The notes under the pieces: generated by a model | What the model was told of the DNA's origin: nothing | Database searches by the model: none | The model's input: the letters and a program-made list of their open reading frames with translations, nothing else | Program-made: the position numbers and the translations under genes | Assembly: GCA_963693055.1 (NCBI GenBank) | Contig: OY843751.1 | Coordinates: 1,888,001-1,952,000 of the forward strand | Origin: a bacterium | GTDB lineage: Bacteria > Zhuqueibacterota > Zhuqueibacteria > Residuimicrobiales > Krinioviventaceae | Reading direction: 5' to 3' | Length of the DNA: 64,000 nucleotides | Part shown: piece after piece, positions 58,679-64,000 of the stretch | Layout of the letters: each line of letters starts with the position of its first letter | Position numbering within the stretch: position 1 is the first letter of the stretch

Positions 58679-59824
58679 ATGACTTCAAGAGAACGATTGC
58701 TAACGGCGCTGAATCATCAGGAACCGGATCGGGTGCCTATTGACCTTGCCAGTGTGCAGGTAACTGGTATTTCTGCCATTGCCTATAACAGATTAAGAGA
58801 TTATTTGGGATTGGATGCTCGTGAACCTCAGATTTGCGATGCTATTCAGCAAATCTGTATCCCTCACGATGATGTATATGATAAATATGGTATAGATACA
58901 CGGGGCCTTTGGCCGTTAATGAACCATATGGATTTTACAGATACCGATGAAGGTGAATATTTTGCTCATATTGATGAATGGAGATTTGCCTATCGTCGTA
59001 AAAAAGAAGCGTTTTGGTACGATCTGTACAAATCACCCATGGAAAATGATACGCTTTCAGCAGAATTGATTGATAATTTTCCTTTCCCAAAAGGTGATGA
59101 AAAAAGACGCATCGAAGGACTCAAAGCTCAGGCACAAGCTTATCGTGATCAGGGATATGCAGTCGTTTTGAAAAGTATTTGTGCTGGTTTATTTGAAATG
59201 ATGATACGACTGCGGGGAATGCAGAATGCCATGATCGATCTTATGATGGACCCTGTTAACTCGGGGAAATTAATAGATCGTATTCTTGAGCATAAAATAG
59301 AGTTCTTTGAAATGGCCCTCGAAGAACTGGGTGATCTGGTAGATGTTGTTGCTGAAGGTGATGACTTTGGCACACAGGCCTCACAATTGATTTCGCTGGA
59401 TACCTGGAGGGATATTTTCAAACCCCGTCAGGCTGAATTGATACAAACCATGCATAAAAAAGCGCCCAATGCCAAAGTGTTTTTTCATTCCTGCGGCAAT
59501 ATTCGTCCGTTTTTGCCCGAGTTTATTGAAATGGGTATTGATATCATCAATCCCGTGCATATAACTGCTGACGGCATGGAACCCAAACAACTCAAAAAGG
59601 ATTTTGGTAAGGATGTTGTGTTTTGGGGCGGAGGTGTTGATACCCAGGGTACATTGCCCAATGGTACCCCGGATGAGGTTCGTGAACAAGTGAAACGTTT
59701 GATCGATATTTTTGCTGAAGGTGGTGGTTTTGTTTTTAATACAATCCATAATATTCAGGCAGACGTACCGCCACAAAATATAGTTGCCATGTATGAAACT
59801 GTTCTCGAATTCGGGAATAAATAA
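58679..59824 (+). CDS. Uroporphyrinogen decarboxylase-family (MT2/MtaA-like) protein
   Basis: MTSRERLLTALNHQEPDRVPIDL, DEW, GDDFGTQ, FFHSCG, FWGGGVDTQ, GGFVFNTIHNIQADVP. Confidence 0.9.
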   Translation: MTSRERLLTALNHQEPDRVPIDLASVQVTGISAIAYNRLRDYLGLDAREPQICDAIQQICIPHDDVYDKYGIDTRGLWPLMNHMDFTDTDEGEYFAHIDEWRFAYRRKKEAFWYDLYKSPMENDTLSAELIDNFPFPKGDEKRRIEGLKAQAQAYRDQGYAVVLKSICAGLFEMMIRLRGMQNAMIDLMMDPVNSGKLIDRILEHKIEFFEMALEELGDLVDVVAEGDDFGTQASQLISLDTWRDIFKPRQAELIQTMHKKAPNAKVFFHSCGNIRPFLPEFIEMGIDIINPVHITADGMEPKQLKKDFGKDVVFWGGGVDTQGTLPNGTPDEVREQVKRLIDIFAEGGGFVFNTIHNIQADVPPQNIVAMYETVLEFGNK

Positions 59825-59871
59825 AGTCTGCTAGTACTCTTTCACCGGTTAATATAAACCAAAGGAGTAGT

Positions 59872-61080
59872 ATGGAAAATTCTAAATCCTCATTTCGCTG
59901 GATCGTATTGATTTTGTTGTTTGCCGGTACCACGATAAATTATCTTGATCGTATTGTTTTTTCTGTTCTTTTACCTGAAATTCAAAAAGAAATAGCTATT
60001 GATCCTGTTGTTTATGGATATATACTAGGTTCATTCCAATTTACCTATACCATAGGTTTGTTGGGGATTGGTTTTGTTATAGATAAACTGGGAACAAAGC
60101 TGGGATATTTTATATCCATGGTGTTATGGTCATTATCCGGTGCCTTTACAGGATTTTGTAACACAGGTGTGAGTCTGGCCGCCTGGCGAGGTGTTTTTGG
60201 TCTTGCCGCATCCGGTAATTTTCCGGCTGCAATCAAATCTGTTTCCGAATGGTTTGAGGTAAAAGACAGAGCTTTTGCTACATCCCTGTTTAATAGTGGT
60301 GCAAGTATATCTTCCATCATCGGTGCGCCACTGGTACTGCTGATTGTAAGTCTTGCCGGTTGGAGATGGGCCTTTGTTGCTTTTGGTGCTTTAGGAATTA
60401 TTTTGGCAATTTTTTGGCAATTGTTATATAAAAAACCTGCAGTATCTTTGGAATCAACCCAAACTGTTGTCAAAGTGAAATGGTCTGAATTATTAAAACA
60501 AAAACAAACCATAGGTATTATGATTGGCAAGTTTCTAACTGATCCGGTTTGGTGGTTTTATCTCTATTGGATGCCCACTTATCTGAATACTCAGCGAGGA
60601 TTCAACCTTAGAGATATTGCCATAGCAATTCCGGTGATTTATATACTTGCTACATTGATGGGATTTGCCGGTGGTTGGTTACCGCGATACCTCATACAAA
60701 AGGGAATGACTGTTGAAAAAGCCCGCAAAACAACCATGCTGATCAGTGCATCTTTACTTCCAATAACTGCATTTGCTGTAATTGCCAACAGCCCCTGGGT
60801 AGCAATTTTACTTGTGAGTCTGGCATGTGGCGCGCATAACAGTTGGTCAGCCAATATATTTACCATGTGTAGTGATTGTTTTTCAACCCGGTCTGTAGGA
60901 TCGGTAACCGGACTTGCAGGGTTTGCCGGCGGTTTTGGTGGAATTCTACTATCTGCTTTAATCCCCGGCTTTGTTGTACAATATTTTGGTTATGTTCCTG
61001 TATTTATTTTAATGGGGATCTTGCATCCCCTGGCGTATGTATTTATAAAAACATTTGTAACATATAATATAGAGGAGTGA
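59872..61080 (+). CDS. MFS transporter, ACS/ExuT (hexuronate transporter)-like
   Basis: RWIVLILLF.GTTINYLDR, FPAAIKSVSEWF...RAFATSLFNSG, LTDPVWWFYLYWMPTYL. Confidence 0.9.
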   Translation: MENSKSSFRWIVLILLFAGTTINYLDRIVFSVLLPEIQKEIAIDPVVYGYILGSFQFTYTIGLLGIGFVIDKLGTKLGYFISMVLWSLSGAFTGFCNTGVSLAAWRGVFGLAASGNFPAAIKSVSEWFEVKDRAFATSLFNSGASISSIIGAPLVLLIVSLAGWRWAFVAFGALGIILAIFWQLLYKKPAVSLESTQTVVKVKWSELLKQKQTIGIMIGKFLTDPVWWFYLYWMPTYLNTQRGFNLRDIAIAIPVIYILATLMGFAGGWLPRYLIQKGMTVEKARKTTMLISASLLPITAFAVIANSPWVAILLVSLACGAHNSWSANIFTMCSDCFSTRSVGSVTGLAGFAGGFGGILLSALIPGFVVQYFGYVPVFILMGILHPLAYVFIKTFVTYNIEE

Positions 61081-61084
61081 AATC

Positions 61085-62455
61085 ATGGGTGATATGAAAA
61101 GAAGAACATTTGTAAAATCTACAGCGGCAACAGCAGCTGGTGCCATGCTGTGGGGAACATCAAAGTCTTGGGCAGGTGCCAATGACCGCGTCAATGTGGC
61201 ACAAATTGGTATCCGTGGTATGGGACGAACCCATATTAAAGCTTATAATGAACTTGAGAATGTTCGTATTACTGCTTTATGTGATATTGATGAAAATCTG
61301 TTCGCAGAACGCGAAAAAGAGTTTTTTGCGGACCACAATCGTCCTATTCCCAAACGTTATATTGATATGCGAGAGATGTTTGAAGACAAGGATATTGATG
61401 CGGTATCCATTACTACCCCCAACCACTGGCATACGTTGGCGGCTATCTGGGCAATGCAGGCTGGTAAACATGTTTCCGTAGAGAAACCCTGCTGCCATAA
61501 TATTTTCGAAGGCAAGCAATTAGTCAAAGCTGCAAAGAAATATGGCGTGGTTGTGCAGGATGGTGCTGAACAGCGTAGTAATCCGTGTTCTCAATCCATG
61601 GCTGAATATCTTCACAGCGGCAAATTGGGTGAAGTTTATTTAGCAAAGGGATTGTGCTACAAGTGGCGTGATACCATTTTGAAAACACCGGACGAGCCCG
61701 TACCTGCTGGTGTGAATTATGATCTTTGGCTGGGACCAGCCCCCAAGCGTCCATTTTCACAGAACCGTTTTCATTACAAATGGCACTGGAACTGGGAATA
61801 CGGTAATGGAGACATGGGTAACCAGGGTGTGCATGAAATGGACGTTGCCCGCTGGGGATTGGGAGTAAAGCTGCCCACAAAAATCTCTGCAATTGGCGGA
61901 CATTTTATGTTTGACGATGATCAGAATACACCCAATACCTTGATGGCCATGTTTGAATTCCCGAATCCAAATGGTGGTGATGACAAGAAAAAAATATTAC
62001 AGTTTGAAACCAGACACTGGATCACCAATAATGAAGGTGAATTGAGCCCGGGATTCAACCTCAAAGATGACAAGGGTGGTTATATGATGTCTAACGTCAA
62101 TGTAATTGGTGATTTATTCTATGGATCTAAGGGTTATATGCGTAAATCTGTTGAAACCTGGGAAGCCTTTCATGGTAAACACCGTGAACCTGCAGAAACA
62201 GGTAGTGGATTGGGTAATCATTATCAGAATTATATTGATGCCATTCGCGCCAATGATCCTTCATTGCTGACCGCTCCCATTGAAGAAGGATTTTATTCCT
62301 GTGCATTGATCCATCTGGCAAACATTTCTTATCGTTTGGGACGTACCATTGATTTTGATCCAGAAACGCAAGAGATCTTGAATGACAGAGAAGCACAAGC
62401 CATGATGACCCGTGAATATCGTGCACCGTTTATTGTTCCGGAAATTACATTATAA
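61085..62455 (+). CDS. Tat-exported Gfo/Idh/MocA family oxidoreductase
   Basis: KRRTFVK, GANDRVNVAQIG, TTPNHWH, VEKP, GDMGNQGVHEMD, REYRAPF. Confidence 0.93.
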   Translation: MGDMKRRTFVKSTAATAAGAMLWGTSKSWAGANDRVNVAQIGIRGMGRTHIKAYNELENVRITALCDIDENLFAEREKEFFADHNRPIPKRYIDMREMFEDKDIDAVSITTPNHWHTLAAIWAMQAGKHVSVEKPCCHNIFEGKQLVKAAKKYGVVVQDGAEQRSNPCSQSMAEYLHSGKLGEVYLAKGLCYKWRDTILKTPDEPVPAGVNYDLWLGPAPKRPFSQNRFHYKWHWNWEYGNGDMGNQGVHEMDVARWGLGVKLPTKISAIGGHFMFDDDQNTPNTLMAMFEFPNPNGGDDKKKILQFETRHWITNNEGELSPGFNLKDDKGGYMMSNVNVIGDLFYGSKGYMRKSVETWEAFHGKHREPAETGSGLGNHYQNYIDAIRANDPSLLTAPIEEGFYSCALIHLANISYRLGRTIDFDPETQEILNDREAQAMMTREYRAPFIVPEITL

Positions 62456-64000
62456 TGCTAAAATATTTAATTAAATTTCTGCTGCCTGTTTTACTTTTAC
62501 TGCAATCTGTTTACGGGCAGCAGCAAATAAAGCCTACATCCTATACCGGTTATGTTCAACAGTGTGTTGAAAACCTGATGAAATATGGTACGGACCGGTA
62601 TGGAAAGATTCATGCGCCAATACTGGTCAGTATTCTGGATGTTGAAACACTGCAATGCCCGGAAAATCCATTGCCATTGGATGAGGCATGGCGGGTGACC
62701 CGGCGTGATCGTCGGAACCCTGCCGGCGCCAATCTATTACCGGATCAGCCCATGTTGAGGGCCATGTACTATTTAACAGACATAACCGGAAAACAGGATT
62801 ATGCGGATTTTGCCCGGTATTCGACGCGTTATTATATCCAAAACTTGTTGGATGATAAAAACATGTTCTGGTGGGGATGGCACCGCCATTATGATGTTTT
62901 TAAAGACATCATGACAGGCCATAGCGGCAATCATCATGAAATTCAGGCGGTACATTCCATTGACTGGCCTTATTTGTGGAATGCGGATTCTCTGGCGGTA
63001 ACCCGGGAGATTGAAGCAATCTGGAAATGGCATGTGATTGATAAACGAACCTGCGAAGTAAACCGTCATAACGATGGTAAACCGGGATGCGATTTTAGTA
63101 TGAGCGCAGGTGCGTATATTGAAGCCTTTACTTTTATGTATGTAAAAACTGGAAATGAGGAGTGGCTGGAGCGGGCCAAAGGACTGGCACAATACTATTG
63201 GGACCGCAGAAATCCCAAAAGTAACCTGTTCCCGGATCGGCCAAACGCCGGTACAGACCGGTTTGATGGCGATGCGTTTGTAACATCCATACCCTCTTTA
63301 TTTGGTCATTCATTGTTAAAAGCATACACCCTGACAGGTGAGACAATGTTTCGTGATTATGCTGTAGCGGTTTTAAAAGCCTATGCAAAGTATGGCTACG
63401 ATTCGAATAGCGGTAAATTCTGGGGTGCGCTCGATCTGGAAGGAAATCCTATACCCGGTCCACGTACATTGGGCGATTATGCGCAATACGAACCCCGTGG
63501 ACATTTGGATTTGTGGGAGCCCTATCTGTTGGGTTATCAGTACCCGGTTTATACCGCACAAATCTATGCGTACGCGTACCAGCTTACGAGTGAAAAAGTT
63601 TTTCTAACAACAGCCCAGCGATTTGAGGACTGGATCGCCAAAACACCCGTTGGAATGATTGAAACAGATAAAACCTGGTATACGGATTATACGAATACAT
63701 TTGGTAAAAAAGGTACATATGCGGATAAATATGGCCGAATTATTGCTTTTTATTTAAACATGTTCATGATCACCGGTAAAAACCAGTATCTTGAACAGGC
63801 ACAACAAGTAGCTGATACCGCTATTGAAAAACTCTATGTGCATGGGGTATTCAAAGGTCACCCGGCGAAACCCTATTACGAGTCTGTGGATGGTGTTGGG
63901 TATTTAATGTGTGCGTTACTGGAATTGGACCAGGTTTTAATCAACCCAAACCAGGCCCTGAAAAAGAAAAAAGTAATGATCGGCAATTCCGATAAATCTA
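62455..64000 (+). CDS. Secreted PL2 (pectate lyase 2)-like (alpha/alpha) barrel protein, 3'-truncated; absent from the ORF track
   Basis: ATG overlaps the upstream TAA (TAATG). My translation: MLKYLIKFLLPVLLLLQSVYGQ...GTDRYG...GANLLPDQPMLRAMYYLTDITG...MFWWGWHRHYD...HHEIQ...NRHNDG; no stop seen before the window end. Confidence 0.7.
   Translation, partial: MLKYLIKFLLPVLLLLQSVYGQQQIKPTSYTGYVQQCVENLMKYGTDRYGKIHAPILVSILDVETLQCPENPLPLDEAWRVTRRDRRNPAGANLLPDQPMLRAMYYLTDITGKQDYADFARYSTRYYIQNLLDDKNMFWWGWHRHYDVFKDIMTGHSGNHHEIQAVHSIDWPYLWNADSLAVTREIEAIWKWHVIDKRTCEVNRHNDGKPGCDFSMSAGAYIEAFTFMYVKTGNEEWLERAKGLAQYYWDRRNPKSNLFPDRPNAGTDRFDGDAFVTSIPSLFGHSLLKAYTLTGETMFRDYAVAVLKAYAKYGYDSNSGKFWGALDLEGNPIPGPRTLGDYAQYEPRGHLDLWEPYLLGYQYPVYTAQIYAYAYQLTSEKVFLTTAQRFEDWIAKTPVGMIETDKTWYTDYTNTFGKKGTYADKYGRIIAFYLNMFMITGKNQYLEQAQQVADTAIEKLYVHGVFKGHPAKPYYESVDGVGYLMCALLELDQVLINPNQALKKKKVMIGNSDKS

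Noticed and set aside
58679-59824. hemE (true uroporphyrinogen decarboxylase) call for the UroD-family genes
   Set aside because: Both lack the HemE RQAGR motif, and no tetrapyrrole genes are nearby.
143-63607. Numerous short antisense or alternate-frame ORFs in the track (e.g. 23719-24327, 51386-51922, 60045-60530, 62773-63192)
   Set aside because: Nearly all lie within or overlap confidently identified genes and lack motifs; shadow ORFs.

Overview
Bacterial genomic window, AT-rich and diderm: it has TonB receptor, beta-barrel, lipoprotein and Tat signals but no SusC/SusD pair. The gene mix resembles KSB1/Calditrichota/FCB-type anaerobes (inference). It opens with the 3' part of carB and a PAS hybrid histidine kinase, followed by two tandem AT-rich FadL/PorV-like barrel paralogs. 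The remaining ~55 kb is a glycan-degradation island: four GH92s, a sulfatase, GH28, GH63-like, PL42(ex-GH145)-like and PL2-like enzymes, two CBM9/DUF5916 barrels, three Tat-exported Gfo/Idh/MocA oxidoreductases, DUF1080, an AGE epimerase, a ROK kinase and two MFS transporters. Three embedded modules stand out. (1) A GntR-led corrinoid methyltransferase operon (UroD/MT2-thioredoxin fusion, CobW GTPase, corrinoid protein), plus a second UroD-family gene beside a hexuronate-like transporter; this is a candidate B12-dependent methyl-sugar O-demethylation system. (2) GmhA plus an HldE-kinase/HAD fusion downstream of an atypical GH92; this is a candidate heptose catabolic/salvage route. (3) An operon of TonB receptor, Cys-motif protein, MacB-type ABC transporter and giant PQQ-like propeller/malectin protein, of unknown function. 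No rRNA, tRNA, CRISPR or mobile element was recognised. All family calls are by eye from motifs; no searches were run.
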